Source: Naegleria gruberi (Eukaryota). Taken from it: a DNA stretch of 64,000 nt. The stretch lies in the NCBI GenBank assembly GCA_000004985.1, contig GG738901.1. One strand, given 5' to 3'. The notes under the pieces are model-generated. The model did no database searches and was not told the origin of the DNA. It saw only the letters and a list, made by a program, of their open reading frames with translations. The first letter of the stretch is position 1; the number at the start of each line of letters is the position of its first letter. The translations under genes and the position numbers were made by a program. Positions 48,206 through 60,417 of this stretch are shown here, one piece after another.

Positions 48206-49041
48206 AGTTATTTACAATCTAGTATGTTTAATAATTCTGGTGGTGCTGTTAATGATTATTAAGGATATTCAGTGGATAAAATACGAAACGATTACAACCT
48301 CAATTGACCGAGCTATTCCTTTTACCGACTTAACAACCGAAAATCATAATACAATCAATTTGAGCGCATTAGGATGTCCACTCAATCGATTACTTCTCTT
48401 CCTTCTCCTCGTTCGTAAGATCATTCAATAGTAATACGAAAGCCTAAATGTGCGACTCACTCGTACGAAACTAAAAGGAGGACAAACTCTCAATAGTCGT
48501 AGTTGTCTTGTTTTCTAACTGTTTGTTGTGGATTTAATAAGAACCTGATTCCTCATTATTACAACAAGAAGATTTGGCGACGCAACAAATAATTGTTTGT
48601 CCAAAGCGTGCAAATTGTCAAAACTTTTTGAAAAAAACAAAACCATTCAAATCAGTGCTTGCTTGGTCTGCTACTATTTTGGGTATTCACCAAGAATTCT
48701 TTACTTTGCAATACAGTACAATACAAGTGAAACTCGAAATACCAAACAGAGAACAAATAAGAACATCTTCCATATTAATCAATTGTTCTGACCAATTTCA
48801 TTACTTTACTGCAGTCAGCATTCAATAATAATTTATCATCTCCTCTGAAACAAAAGAGAATATATTAAACAAAACAATAACAAATTATTGCATGCCGTTA
48901 ATAAGAGGAGAAACAACAAGTGAATTTCCCTGAATCATCTAAAACACACATCAATTAGAATCCAATTACCTCAATCAAAAGGAAGTCCACTCTCTTATTG
49001 TGAGTCCGCTCATCAAGACCATTCATATCTTCTAGATTCTT

Positions 49042-50659
49042 GTGCTACATGCAATGAAATCCGACACTGAAATGGACCCTTTTCCTCAACAACAACAAGA
49101 ATTGAAAATCTTGTCTCCTCAAAGGAAGCTTCACCAACAACACAAGACAACAACAGAAACATCAACAAACAATCATGACCAGCAAATTGTTCTTGTTGAT
49201 AAGCAAGATAAAACCAACGTTAAAAATGGCAAAGAAAAATCAAAAAGAAAAGGCGCCAATCATCACAGTACACTACCAACAATAGTTGCTTCAGACGGAT
49301 TAATAGTAACTACAAGAACATCTTCGGTAGTTGTAAAAGATAATAGTAATACGGCTACGAAGGTTGTAATTCCACCATTGGATTTGCAAATTGTTACAGA
49401 GAAGAAAAAGAAGATAATAACCAATTTGAAGAATAGTCATCATCAACAACAACAACAGACTGCCATCATGTCTGACGATAATAATAATCTAAAAGATGAA
49501 ACAGCAAGTCCTGTTCTCGCTGTTCAAATATCAAAAAGCCTTGTAAATAATAACAATAATAATCTGATGAAGACTACATTTAGTAATATAATTGATCAGT
49601 CATCGTCGTCAGTAGTTAGGAGTGGAAGTGTGAGTAGTGGATTGGACAATGAGGATAATATGAATGAACAACAATATGAATCACCTGCTAGCACTCCGAG
49701 AATGTTTTCACCTTCATCTACTTTGAATTTTAATGCAATGTCCCCGAGAGAGTTTCCACTGGATAGTCCACATCAATTGCCTGGACAGTATAAGCAACCT
49801 CTTCCACAGAGTGTTGATATTCCAGCAGTGCAGCCACCTACCATTGAAATTACGCAACAACACAATGTTTCAGAACATGAAACAGCTGTGGATTTATCAT
49901 CTGTTGAAACTCATGAAACTCATGATAGCGAACACACTAAAACAGTAGCTCTTTCAACAAGTAGCAGTGTAAATAATTCATCTCCAGCTATTACTGATAT
50001 TGGAAATCATGAGGATAAACGTCACTCAACAAGATCTAGGTCAAATAGCACAAAAAGCTCACAATTCAATAGACCTTTGGAAAGAGCTCATACAGCTCCA
50101 AACATTATTACAAAGAAACAACCCGAGAAACATCATTCAAAGACTAGCTCACGATTTTCAAACAAGTATGGCCAATCAGAGTACAAGACATTTATTAAAC
50201 GTACACTTAAATTGAAAGAGGTTGGTGATATGAGAGTAAGAGGAATTTCATTGAAATATGAAACAAATTATCATGAATTCCTAGAAGAAGCTGTAAGTAC
50301 TTTATTATGAAATGAATGAATTAACGTTTTCAAAGATTCCACACAAGACATTTGTTACTGAAATGAATCTTCTAAACCAATTTTTGAAGAGCAATGAACC
50401 AGGTACCAAGTACTGTTGTCTTGGATTCACATTCTTTTGTTGTACTCTTGGATTATCAATGCTGCCTTTTGCCTATCAGCTTTCACATTTTGAAACTGTA
50501 GTAAGAAAATATTTGGATGAGTTAAACAAAAAGTATGCCAGTGTTCACGTAAGCTGGAAATTGGTTCCATCTACAACACCAAGTGATGACTCTTACATTG
50601 TTGTTTCTTTGGAAAAGGAAATTGATCCAAAAGATTTGGAAAAATTGGAAATCTCCTAA
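49042..50659 (+). CDS. protein with a long S/T/Q/N-rich low-complexity N-terminal region and a C-terminal Erf4/GOLGA7-like domain; 2 exons joined by a 43-nt intron (about 50293-50335)
   Basis: ..KYETNYHEFLEEA|IPHKTFVTEMNLLNQFLKSNEPGTKYCCLGFTFFCCTLGLSMLPFAY..VRKYLDELNKKYASVHVSWKLVP..YIVVSLEKE is collinear with GOLGA7 (..[52 protein letters not shown]), including the palmitoylated Cys cluster. The GTAAGT donor and CAAAG acceptor give a shift consistent with the two track ORF frames. Confidence 0.5.
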
Positions 50660-50835
50660 ATTTCAAATTCTTAATGTTCAGTTTCAAAAGAACATTACAG
50701 AACTGGTTGATAGATCAATTGCTGTTGTCATCTTTCCACGAATGAAAATCTAGACATTACCTAATTGAAATCTTTCTCAGAGATTGAACGGACATAGTCT
50801 AGACCAATTGAAATAAAACAAGAACTTTACTTAAA

Positions 50836-52407
50836 TTAGTTGTCCAACAAGTAATAACTACTGCTAGATGAATTGGATGTTTCATGTTCATGACTATTTG
50901 TGGTTACTGATAGCTCCTGTTTAATTTCTTCAATTTTCCCATTAGCATCATTGGTTTGCTTTTTGAAAATCTTAAAGTCCTCATAATCAAAATCAAATAT
51001 TACAATCCTACAAAAAAGAATGCAATAAAGAACATCTGTTAATATTTGAGTGTATGCTAGGAATACTCTGTCATTAACCAGCTTTGCAAATACTCCATTC
51101 AGATCAATAAAAGAAATTACCAATACGAAAAGTATGGAAAAGTTAGAGAGCTTGATAAACGGAACAGTATTCGAAACAATGTCAGACAGCTTTTTCAATA
51201 CAGAATTCACTCTACGTGAAGTAATAATAAACATGGATAGGCATAATACCTCACTCAACCACGAAATCGCAACATAGGTATAGAGAAAATATTGATCTCC
51301 AATTAATAATGGAATGGCAACTGTCACAAAGCATACGAACAAGACAGCAATGAAGAATAAAATCACAGCAATGATATATACCTTCTTAATGGAATAGTTG
51401 TTTGGCTTCCCCTGTTGATTCTGATTAATCAGAGTGGCCATTCCATACCATCTCATTACAATTGGGAATAATGAATAAAACTGCATCAATTGTGCCATCA
51501 TGAGAAACGTAGTCGCTACTGCAAAACTAGGTGTGAAATAAAGGGAATAATTGACAATGTAACATAGGGAAGAGAAAGTTAGAGCAAGTGAGGGAATTAG
51601 TCTAAGGATTGTGAATCCTGGTACCTTTTTGAAATAATTGACTGATTTTGGGATGAGTAGCAAAGAGATTGTCACAATGAATAACAGAGAAAAAACAATC
51701 AGGCCTCCAAAATCCAATGACTCTTTAAGAATATTCTCCCATCCATGTTTTACACATTCAAATTCAAAACGATTATGTTTCTCGCAATAGCAAACTATTG
51801 CATAACTGTCCATTAATGGACCAACTACAAGAGGAATTCCTATATTTACCGTTCCACAATATCTAATATCATTTGGAATGGATTCAATAATGTCCACAAT
51901 CCTAGTTCGAGAATCTATTAGTTTCGTATTGTTACAAGAATGTCCAAGACGAAGTTGATGATACTTTTCAAATCCATTCGCATTTCTACAATATTGACAA
52001 TAATTAATCCAATCATATATCGAGGTCTTGTTATCCCAAACTCCAGACCCCGAATCAATACATAAATCCGAACAATTAAAATTCATTTCATTTTCTAATA
52101 TCTTATTAGAAGCACATAAATTCCTCGAGCTATCATATCTTAACTCATTGATTTGAAAGGTGTCTCCTACTGTCAAGTGTGAATAATATTTTGCACCTTG
52201 TGGGACTGTAATTGATTCGCATGCAATAGGAGAGGGTATTCGAATAGGTTTGTAGATATTAAAATGTGTTGATTTTAGTTGAGAAATAAATTGTGTTTGG
52301 GTACAGTTTTTCCACTTTCCAATATTATTAACAACTTGTTGTGTTGTGGGAGTACAAAACCAAAGAAGAACCAAGAGGTAAACAATCCTCCTGACTAGTG
52401 GTGACAT
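50836..52407 (-). CDS. 7TM receptor-like membrane protein with a signal peptide and a roughly 230-aa Cys-rich ectodomain (GPR107/108 lung-7TM-receptor-like architecture)
   Basis: MSPLVRRIVYLLVLLWFCTP is a signal peptide. There are more than 12 Cys in the ectodomain. Seven hydrophobic helices are spread over the C-terminal 300 aa. Confidence 0.5.
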   Translation of the reverse strand: MSPLVRRIVYLLVLLWFCTPTTQQVVNNIGKWKNCTQTQFISQLKSTHFNIYKPIRIPSPIACESITVPQGAKYYSHLTVGDTFQINELRYDSSRNLCASNKILENEMNFNCSDLCIDSGSGVWDNKTSIYDWINYCQYCRNANGFEKYHQLRLGHSCNNTKLIDSRTRIVDIIESIPNDIRYCGTVNIGIPLVVGPLMDSYAIVCYCEKHNRFEFECVKHGWENILKESLDFGGLIVFSLLFIVTISLLLIPKSVNYFKKVPGFTILRLIPSLALTFSSLCYIVNYSLYFTPSFAVATTFLMMAQLMQFYSLFPIVMRWYGMATLINQNQQGKPNNYSIKKVYIIAVILFFIAVLFVCFVTVAIPLLIGDQYFLYTYVAISWLSEVLCLSMFIITSRRVNSVLKKLSDIVSNTVPFIKLSNFSILFVLVISFIDLNGVFAKLVNDRVFLAYTQILTDVLYCILFCRIVIFDFDYEDFKIFKKQTNDANGKIEEIKQELSVTTNSHEHETSNSSSSSYYLLDN

Positions 52408-53193
52408 TTTTTAGATAATGGTCAACTGGAATGTGTTAATTACAAAGTTTGTGATATGGAATGTTTAATCCAAACGCGAACCTCTACAGATAGTTGACAA
52501 TCCCAAACCAAAATATCACAATTTTTTACCTTCCGTTCCTGGTCATCACATTCCCATCTCGTTAATTTAATCACAACAAAACGACATGCATGCAAATAAG
52601 CAACGTATTACTTCCATTTCTGAATTAAATCTATTCCTTGATTGTAATAAGAGGAAGATTAAATTTCCTTCGAGGAAGGTGTCAACGAGCATTAAATTTC
52701 ATCATAAATTTCATTACAGCATTAGCGACACATTATCTTGATTATTAAAGCCTTGCTCATCATCTACTTTTCAATCAAACAACATTAGCCCAAAACCCAT
52801 CACGAATATTTTTTTCAAATTTTAAAAAAAAACAACGAATTGACCGCCAATTTGTAAACAACCGTAGATTTGAAAATTTTAGGTCATTTGCCGGCAATTA
52901 CAACATTATCATCATCATCTTTATTTTGTCGTTATAATATACACTCAATAAGAGAGAATAGAGTAGTTGAGAGCTGTGGAGGAAACTTTTTTTTGGAAAA
53001 TTCTTCGCTTTATACAACCACAGAAGAAACTTTGAACAAAATTTCATCACGTGTTATTGCCATCATCATCATCATTATTTGCTGAGAGTACTTTCGTATT
53101 AATTAATAGTAGATTTATTGAAGTTCTCTCTCTATTCGAAATATCATTAGAATTTGATATTGTATTATAAAAAAAAATCATCAACATATTAGA

Positions 53194-54411
53194 ATGGCAT
53201 GCTTTGGAAAGAAGGAATCTTCTTCATCGTCATCGAAAAAGTCGTCCCATGTCGTAAAGACACCACCAAAGAAAATATTATTGTTGGGAGCTGGTGATTC
53301 AGGAAAAAGTAAGTTTTCTATTATTCGAAAGCGTTGTTTACCAATCCACATATTATCATTTATCGGATGAACAACATAGGTACTATTTTCAAACAATTGC
53401 AAAGAATTTATAATAATGGTTTTCCTGAGGAAGAAAGAATTCTAAAGAAGAATATTATTTATGAAAATGTGTTGCGTAACATGATGAGTTTAATTAAAGC
53501 AACGCATACCTTTCAAATACCTATTCAAAATGAAGATAATAGAGAAAGGTAAGTTTTAATGGTGTGGACCCAATTTTAATATTATTCGAATAGAGCTCTT
53601 AAAATTGACCAACTTTCATCAAAGGTTTTATTGTCTATTGAACGAGTTTGGAGTTCGGAACTAGGTCAAGAAATAAAAGCTCTGTGGGAAGATCCAGGAG
53701 TGCAAGAAACATTCAAGAAGAAGAGTTCATTCCAAATTGAAGATTCTGCCCAGTACTATTTCGATAACTTAGATAGAATTTGCCAAAATGATTATATACC
53801 GACCGAAGAGGATATTGTCAGAGCTAGAATGAAAACAACGGGCTTAATTGAACAAAAATTCCATTCCCATGAGACAGATTTTGTAATGATTGATGTGGGT
53901 GGTCAAAGAAACGGTATGTTTTTCAAATCAGTATATTCTAAAATTCCCTATTATTAATTCAGAGAGAAAGAAGTGGATTCACCATTTTGAAGGTGTGGAC
54001 GTTGTTTTATTTGTGACAAGTATGAGTGAATTTGATCAAAAATGTTACGAAGACGATCAAACTAACAGAATGAAGGAGTCTTTACAATTATTTGAGGATC
54101 ATATCAATTCTAGATGGTTTACTGGAGCTCAAGTTTACTTGCTCTTCAACAAGTATGATTTATTTGAACAAAAAATTAATACCGGTGTCAAACTTTCTGA
54201 CACATTTGAAACTTATTCAGGCGAAAAGGATGTTACTCTTGCCAGAAACTTTATCATTAATATGTTTACATCAAAAGATATTAACTCTAAATTAGTGAAT
54301 GTGAGCTGTGTTACAGCTCTTGATATTACAGAGCTCGGAAAACAAATCGATTCGATAGTGAAATCCATCATTACTAGATGCAATCCACAAATGTCACAAT
54401 CACTAAACTAA
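53194..54411 (+). CDS. heterotrimeric G-protein alpha subunit. Four exons, approximately 53194-53308, 53380-53548, 53594-53913 and 53963-54411
   Basis: The product begins MACFGKK..KILLLGAGDSGKS and continues |TIFKQLQ... and ...[33 protein letters not shown]... through LFNKYDLFEQK, all G-alpha hallmarks. The introns are GTAAGT/GTATGT..AG of about 71, 45 and 49 nt, with phases consistent with the track frames. The Gly2 and Cys3 N-terminus fits myristoyl/palmitoyl modification. Confidence 0.9.
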
Positions 54412-54430
54412 CAAGTATTAAAAATCCCAT

Positions 54431-57400
54431 TTATAATATCAAAGTTTCACTAGTTGCCCCAACACTCAAAGTACTGATTGACGCAACATGGACAGTTTCA
54501 CTGTCTTCCTGTTGAGGTATCAAATTATCCTTGCTTTCCATTTTGTCTTCCGTATTACTATCATTTTCACTAGGGTTTTTCTCAGTGAAATCTGCTGTTT
54601 CATTGACACCCTCTTGAACTTCTGAGGTAAGAATTTCATTCTCTGCAGTCTTTTCAATTGAGATTTCTTGTGTTGGGAAATTGGAAGCATTGTCCTCTGG
54701 TGTAGTTTCTTGATCTTGGGGAGCTGATTGGTCCACATCGGAAACAATTGCTTCCACTTCTCCAATCGTAATAGGAATATCCTCTACTTTAACTTGATCA
54801 TTTTCCTCCTTTTCATTGTTGGTGTCTTCTATTTTAGTAGATACTTCATTCTCTTGTAGATTTTCAATTTTTTCAATTGGAGAGGCTATGTCTGAAACTT
54901 CGTTTGGAGCTTCTGGGTTAATAACTTCCTGAGATAATGTGTTTTCAATTGAATCCATTTCTGCTGGTAAAGTCTCTGGTATTGTTTCACTGACTTCTTG
55001 ATGTTGAGTAACAATTACTGGATCTGATTTCATTTCTTCAACATCACTAAATGTTAGTTGGCTAACATCTTCCACCAGAGTGACCTTCTCTTCAATTTCT
55101 TCGCTTTTATCTTCAGTCGAATTTAATATCGTTGGAGATTCTAAAATATTAGATTTGTTATCATTTGAGGAGTCTTGTTCTGTTGGACCCTGGGTAATGG
55201 TTTCATTCTCAGTCTTCTCTGGAGCAGTGAAATCTGAAGCAACTTTAACATTTCTCAAACCGCTTCCTTTCTTTAAACTAGCTCTAGCCTTTAATAGTGG
55301 ACTAAGGCTATTCTCTTCATCCAAATCCGAATAACTTTTAGATCTGATTGAGAGTTGTCTCTTCTTGAGGAAATCAACACTTTTAGTTGAAATTGGAGGT
55401 GTGGATGGTGTGGTAGGGGTGGAAGGTGTTGAGGGACTGCTTAGTGGACTAGATGGGCTGCTTGGACTCGATGGAGAACTGAGTATTTTGCTCTCTGACT
55501 GAATTCTCTTCAAGGTCAATGTACGCTTGAGAGCTTGTTGATTTTTACGTTCTTCCTTATCAAGATCATCTTTTGCCTTCTTGAAATGGTTAATGAAATC
55601 CTTTACAATAATTAAAAGAGGATCTCCAGGTAAAGACAGTGCCTCATCTTCTGTAGGATTAAAGTGGAAAAAGTCGCATGCCATCTTGTAGCTATTGTTC
55701 AACTTTTCAAAAAGAGATTCTACTTGTGAGACAGATTCGTTACATTTTGATAGGAAACTACTAAAGTTTGCCTCAATCTTGTGATTCTTCTCCTTTTTCT
55801 TGATGGTATCAATGTCTGGTTTCTTTGATTGAAATAATTCTCTTACATCTTGAATTTCTTTCAAATCTTGTTGAATAATATCCAATTTTATATTGAATAT
55901 GTCTGAACTACAAACTCCATAAGATTCAAGTTCAACTTCAAAATTAAATAATTCACTCTTTTCATTCTTTAAGGTTTCTGCTAAAAAATGAACCAGGGTT
56001 GTTTTAGGATTAATACTTGACTTGGTATCGCTCAACTTGGGTAAAATGTTCAAGTGGAAACCCTGAGCTTCTTCCAGTTGTGCTTTACCTCTGTTCATAT
56101 AATTACCTACTTTCAGCAACATGTGCAAAAGTTTTACGAATGACTTTGAATTCTGCAAATTATCTACAGTGTTCAATTTTGCAGTAATGGTGTCACTAAT
56201 TCTTGTTGTGTCAAATGTTTTCATGTGTTGCATGAGTTGAAGTCTAGTTGGTAGTATTGAAATTTCAGCCAATTTCCATGTCCACAATAAAGAAGGTCTT
56301 AGATTGTCAAAATACTTCTCCACAACCTCTTTCTTCTTTACAATTTCCTCAGTAGCTGGAACAAATTGAGAAAGTCCCTTAATTTGATCAATCGTCAAAG
56401 ATTCAACATTCATAGTATTGATTGCATCCAACAATGTTTTCAACTCGCAATATTTAAAAAGACCATTCACCAAAATTTCTAAATTTCTTGCCAATGATGA
56501 ATCAATAATGGTGTTCAACTCATCATCAATGGCTTTCTTTGGATTTTTAACTTTGGTTGAAGGAGAAGAAGTCTTTTTTGCAGAAAACAAATTGTCCAAT
56601 TTTTCAAAGATGGCTTTTTGTTCTTCATCCATTTCTTCGTCCTCATCTTCCAAAACCCAAACTGATTTAACCTTGTCTTTAGTATTTCTAATTGGTTTCC
56701 AGTGGATGTTCTTGGTCTTGGAGACCTCTTTTTTGACTTTTGGTTTCAAGAACCCTCCTGGTGGAGGTGGAACACCAGGTGGTGGAGGAATTCCACCCAT
56801 CATTGGAGGTGGTGGAATGCCAAATGGTGGAGGTGGAATAGTTACCTCAACAGGAGGTGGAGGCAATGTTATGAGAATAGACTTGGGATCTATAATTTCG
56901 AATGGATATTTGGGCAGAGCATCTAAATAGTAAATGTCACCATCAAAGTAAAATTCAGGTCTAGTCTTGTTTGAGAAGAGATTCAAAATCACTTTGAGGT
57001 AGTCTGGTTCTTCTTTTTGGAGTGGATTTTCAACCAGAGTCAATGCCTCCAAATTATCGAAGTAGGTCAAGGGATAAATCTGATTCCACTCTAGAATGTT
57101 ATTTCCGTGAAGATAGACCTGCTTCAACTTATCCTTATCACATGCCTGTAGGAGACCTATTACATTTTCCAAGTAATTGTTAGAAACATCCGCTATTTCC
57201 AAGTTAGGTAATTTAACAACTGAAAAATAATCTAAATTTTCCAGTAAATTAAAGCTTAGATCCAATACTGTAAGATTTACGGTACATATTGAATTATTCT
57301 TTGAGAATTTGATGTTAGAGATTGAATTGTGTTGCAGACAAAGATCAGCCAAGTTTGGTACATTCACACCAGGTAGCAATATTTTGTCAACGTTTGTTTT

Positions 57401-58240
57401 GGTCAACTTGAAATTCTTTAAATTCTTCCATTCCCTATTTTCCTTAAATATGGAATTGTTAATCTCTGCAATTTCGCAATTTTCTATAGACAAGCCCTCT
57501 GTGTGTTCCAGAATTGATTTTCCGAAGCAATCATCATTCTCCATTTTCGAAATTAATTGTGGGCAATCAATGAATATTAACTTATTAGTTTGTGAGTTGA
57601 CAATTTTATCGAACGAGTCAACAATTACATTCCTGTAGAAGGTAATTTGTTTGAGCTCATTAGAGTTTAAAATTGATCCCAAATTAAAAGTACAAGTTGT
57701 AGATTTTCCAGTTATTCTAATCTCTTTCAAGTAGTGGAAATAACTCAAATCTAATGTAATCTTCTCGCTTTCAGTTAAATGTTCAAATCTCCTCACTTTT
57801 TTGTAAAATATTTCAATACTCGAAACTATAGTTTTAAACTTGTTCATTATTATCTCCAAGTCATTATTCGTCACTTGGATTGTATCATAGCTATTTACAA
57901 TATTATCTATAATCCACTTTAAAATTTTGTTCTGATTGGCCTCCCTTTTTTGGGTTACCTCGAAATCTGCCAATTTTTCATTTAACTTTTCCAAATGGTA
58001 TGTTGATAGTGAAACAATCGTTCCATTATCATATAACTCTTGTTCGCTATTCGCCTGTTGAAGGTAGAGTGCCAGTAATTTAATGACTTTATCAGAGGCA
58101 TGACAATGTTTTCTATTCGCAGATGTATTCATCACAGTTGTTGTTGTGATGAAGGAATTCATTGTTGACTCGGATGATAAATCATCAATATTGGCCCTAG
58201 AAGTGACACTCTTCCTTATAATTGCATCATTTATGTTCAT
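54431..58240 (-). CDS. formin with N-terminal leucine-rich repeats, then FH1 (poly-Pro), FH2, and an acidic S/T/P-rich C-terminal tail; 1269 aa
   Basis: The LRRs read ..LDLSFNLLENLDYFSVVKLPNLEIADVSNNYLENV... FH1 reads PPPPVEVTIPPPPFGIPPPPMMGGIPPPPGVPPPPGG. The FH2 core reads ..LLHMLLKVGNYMNRGKAQLEEAQGFHLNILPKLSDTKSS..TLVHFL.. The tail has SSPSSP/STP repeats. Confidence 0.8.
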   Translation of the reverse strand: MNINDAIIRKSVTSRANIDDLSSESTMNSFITTTTVMNTSANRKHCHASDKVIKLLALYLQQANSEQELYDNGTIVSLSTYHLEKLNEKLADFEVTQKREANQNKILKWIIDNIVNSYDTIQVTNNDLEIIMNKFKTIVSSIEIFYKKVRRFEHLTESEKITLDLSYFHYLKEIRITGKSTTCTFNLGSILNSNELKQITFYRNVIVDSFDKIVNSQTNKLIFIDCPQLISKMENDDCFGKSILEHTEGLSIENCEIAEINNSIFKENREWKNLKNFKLTKTNVDKILLPGVNVPNLADLCLQHNSISNIKFSKNNSICTVNLTVLDLSFNLLENLDYFSVVKLPNLEIADVSNNYLENVIGLLQACDKDKLKQVYLHGNNILEWNQIYPLTYFDNLEALTLVENPLQKEEPDYLKVILNLFSNKTRPEFYFDGDIYYLDALPKYPFEIIDPKSILITLPPPPVEVTIPPPPFGIPPPPMMGGIPPPPGVPPPPGGFLKPKVKKEVSKTKNIHWKPIRNTKDKVKSVWVLEDEDEEMDEEQKAIFEKLDNLFSAKKTSSPSTKVKNPKKAIDDELNTIIDSSLARNLEILVNGLFKYCELKTLLDAINTMNVESLTIDQIKGLSQFVPATEEIVKKKEVVEKYFDNLRPSLLWTWKLAEISILPTRLQLMQHMKTFDTTRISDTITAKLNTVDNLQNSKSFVKLLHMLLKVGNYMNRGKAQLEEAQGFHLNILPKLSDTKSSINPKTTLVHFLAETLKNEKSELFNFEVELESYGVCSSDIFNIKLDIIQQDLKEIQDVRELFQSKKPDIDTIKKKEKNHKIEANFSSFLSKCNESVSQVESLFEKLNNSYKMACDFFHFNPTEDEALSLPGDPLLIIVKDFINHFKKAKDDLDKEERKNQQALKRTLTLKRIQSESKILSSPSSPSSPSSPLSSPSTPSTPTTPSTPPISTKSVDFLKKRQLSIRSKSYSDLDEENSLSPLLKARASLKKGSGLRNVKVASDFTAPEKTENETITQGPTEQDSSNDNKSNILESPTILNSTEDKSEEIEEKVTLVEDVSQLTFSDVEEMKSDPVIVTQHQEVSETIPETLPAEMDSIENTLSQEVINPEAPNEVSDIASPIEKIENLQENEVSTKIEDTNNEKEENDQVKVEDIPITIGEVEAIVSDVDQSAPQDQETTPEDNASNFPTQEISIEKTAENEILTSEVQEGVNETADFTEKNPSENDSNTEDKMESKDNLIPQQEDSETVHVASISTLSVGATSETLIL

Positions 58241-58791
58241 TCAGTAATAATACTAGAAGAAAACTAATGTTATGATGATGATAGAGCACTCTCTGTGGTG
58301 TCAATATTATAATCAAGAAATGTCTTCCGAACCAACAAATGATTGACTGAAGTTAATTTCTTGATGTAATTGTGAAGTACTAGTAGAGACTATTTTTATG
58401 ATGAAGAATAAACAACTTGGTTTTTGATTATCATAACGAGATGATCGGCTTCCAGCATTATGATGATAATTGATGAGAACTCAACCGAACAGCCTTTTCG
58501 CTTGGAACCTCTCTCACACAAAGGAATATTAAATCCCTTCAATTCTGTGCAGACCTTCACCTTATTCCTCTCAAATCGTTCATTCAGCCTATTTATAAGT
58601 GTTAAGTGTTTTTCTTCCTTAGAGATGCTATTTTTAGAACATAGTTTCCCTCCTAAAGAATTCATGAGATGGCATTTGAAAATCCATCTTCCACTGAACT
58701 CTAAAGAATTCTGTGTTCTGGCTTGTAGTTAAACGGGCAGATATTCCCCTGTTTATATCAATCACAAGGCAGAAAAAAACAATATTATTGA

Positions 58792-60367
58792 AATGTTTGG
58801 GAGAATCAATGAGCAAGGCTCTAATACAAGTGGATTCACCTTTTTATCAAATACTTCACAACCAACAACTACTCAACCATTTAGCTTCGGTTTTGCAGAT
58901 TCTGATGATGGGGACGAGTCACCACTATCAGCCACTACAGAAATAGACTTTGCAAGTAAGTAATAGTTTCACAATCCGCAAGCTCAACAACAGCACAATT
59001 GAGCATTAGATCAGTTAGCATCAAGTTATTCCAATGAAGCAACCAATGGAGCATCTAGTCAAACTGGTACTACTTCTGGTGGATTCAACTTTGGATTCAC
59101 TCCATCACAACCAGCAACCACTACTCAAACTGGATTCAATTTTGGAACAACTGCAGAAACATCCAATTCTACACAATCTTCACTTGTTGGCAATTCAACA
59201 ACTCAATCTCAAACAAGTAATTTCAGTTTTGGAGCAAAAACACAACCACCATCACAACTAGCCATTACTTCTACTGGATTTGCCTTTGGTACTACTCAAT
59301 CAAAACAAAGTGGATTAACCCCTTTTAGTACAGCAAATACTGAGCCAACAGTTCGTTTCTCTTTTGGACCCACCAATCTTTATGGCTTTATAACCATTCC
59401 AAAATATGGTGGTTATCAAAGTAATGATTTCCATGATTTAAATATTGAAATTTATGATGAAAATGGACTTTTTACTACAATCAAGACTCATAGAATCAAA
59501 GTTGGACTAAATGATGGATTATTATCTCAATTGGTAAGGGCTTGTACCAAGAAAAATGACATGTTTACCTTAGAATTAGCAACATCTTTCATTCCAGAAA
59601 CAAAGTTTGGAAGAATCAAAGCCATTGCTTTACAACATGCTATCAGTTCCTATATTGAATCATCCAAGGTAAAGGCAGAAGATATTTTCCAAGTTATGCT
59701 TGTTATGGATTACTTTGGCATTCCAACATTCCAACCCTTAGTCTCTCACCTTGAGTCAACCTTTAAAGATTCTGAATTCTGTGCTCGTGCTTATCTCGGA
59801 AGTTTCAACAATTTCTTTTCGACCTATTCGCTCCCTCAATCTTCTTCCTTCTTTTCCTTATTTAGAACTGCATTCAACATTTTAGTAAATGGAAAGGAGC
59901 TCGAAAATCGAACAGCTATCAAAGAATTGAACAGACAATTATTTGAAACTCAACTCAAAAAGTCGGTCACTGCAACAGAGTTACCACATATTTTGAGTGC
60001 TATTGAAGTTTGGATTTTACATAACTTTTCTTCGTTGAATGAGACACTGTCCTATCAAATTTGCAGTGTACTGGACAATCTCCAAATCAATCAAATCCAA
60101 ACCATTGTAATGATGATTCAGTTACTAACTTGTAATTCTCCACAATTTTATTTTATTAACTCAATTAGTCCAGAATGGAAATTGAAACTCATTAACAAGT
60201 ATGCTAGTTGCCAGCCAGTCCAACCACAAACTCAATCAACTCCAATACAACCACAACCACAACCACAACCACCAACTCAACAAACTCCACCAGTACAACC
60301 TCCGAAGCAAAATTTCAACCCTCCTCCACAACAATACATTCTACAAACCCCTGGCAAGGGATTTTAA
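58792..60367 (+). CDS. FG-repeat nucleoporin-like protein, 2 exons (about 58792-58957 and about 59012-60367)
   Basis: Exon 1 reads MFGRINEQGSNTSGFTFLSNTSQ..FSFGFADSDDGDE.. and ends at a GTAAGT donor. Exon 2 carries GFNFGFT, FNFGT, FSFGA, FAFGT and FSFGP repeats. A roughly 280-aa alpha-helical domain and a PQ-rich tail follow. Confidence 0.45.
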
Positions 60368-60417
60368 TAAAAACTTCCTTGTTAGCAAAAATTGAACTAC
60401 ATTTATTCAGTAATCAC

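Noticed and set aside
53181-53402. Minus-strand 73-aa ORF
   Set aside because: It is antisense to exon 1 and intron 1 of the G-alpha gene, whose plus-strand reading (MACFGKK..GAGDSGKS) is unambiguous.
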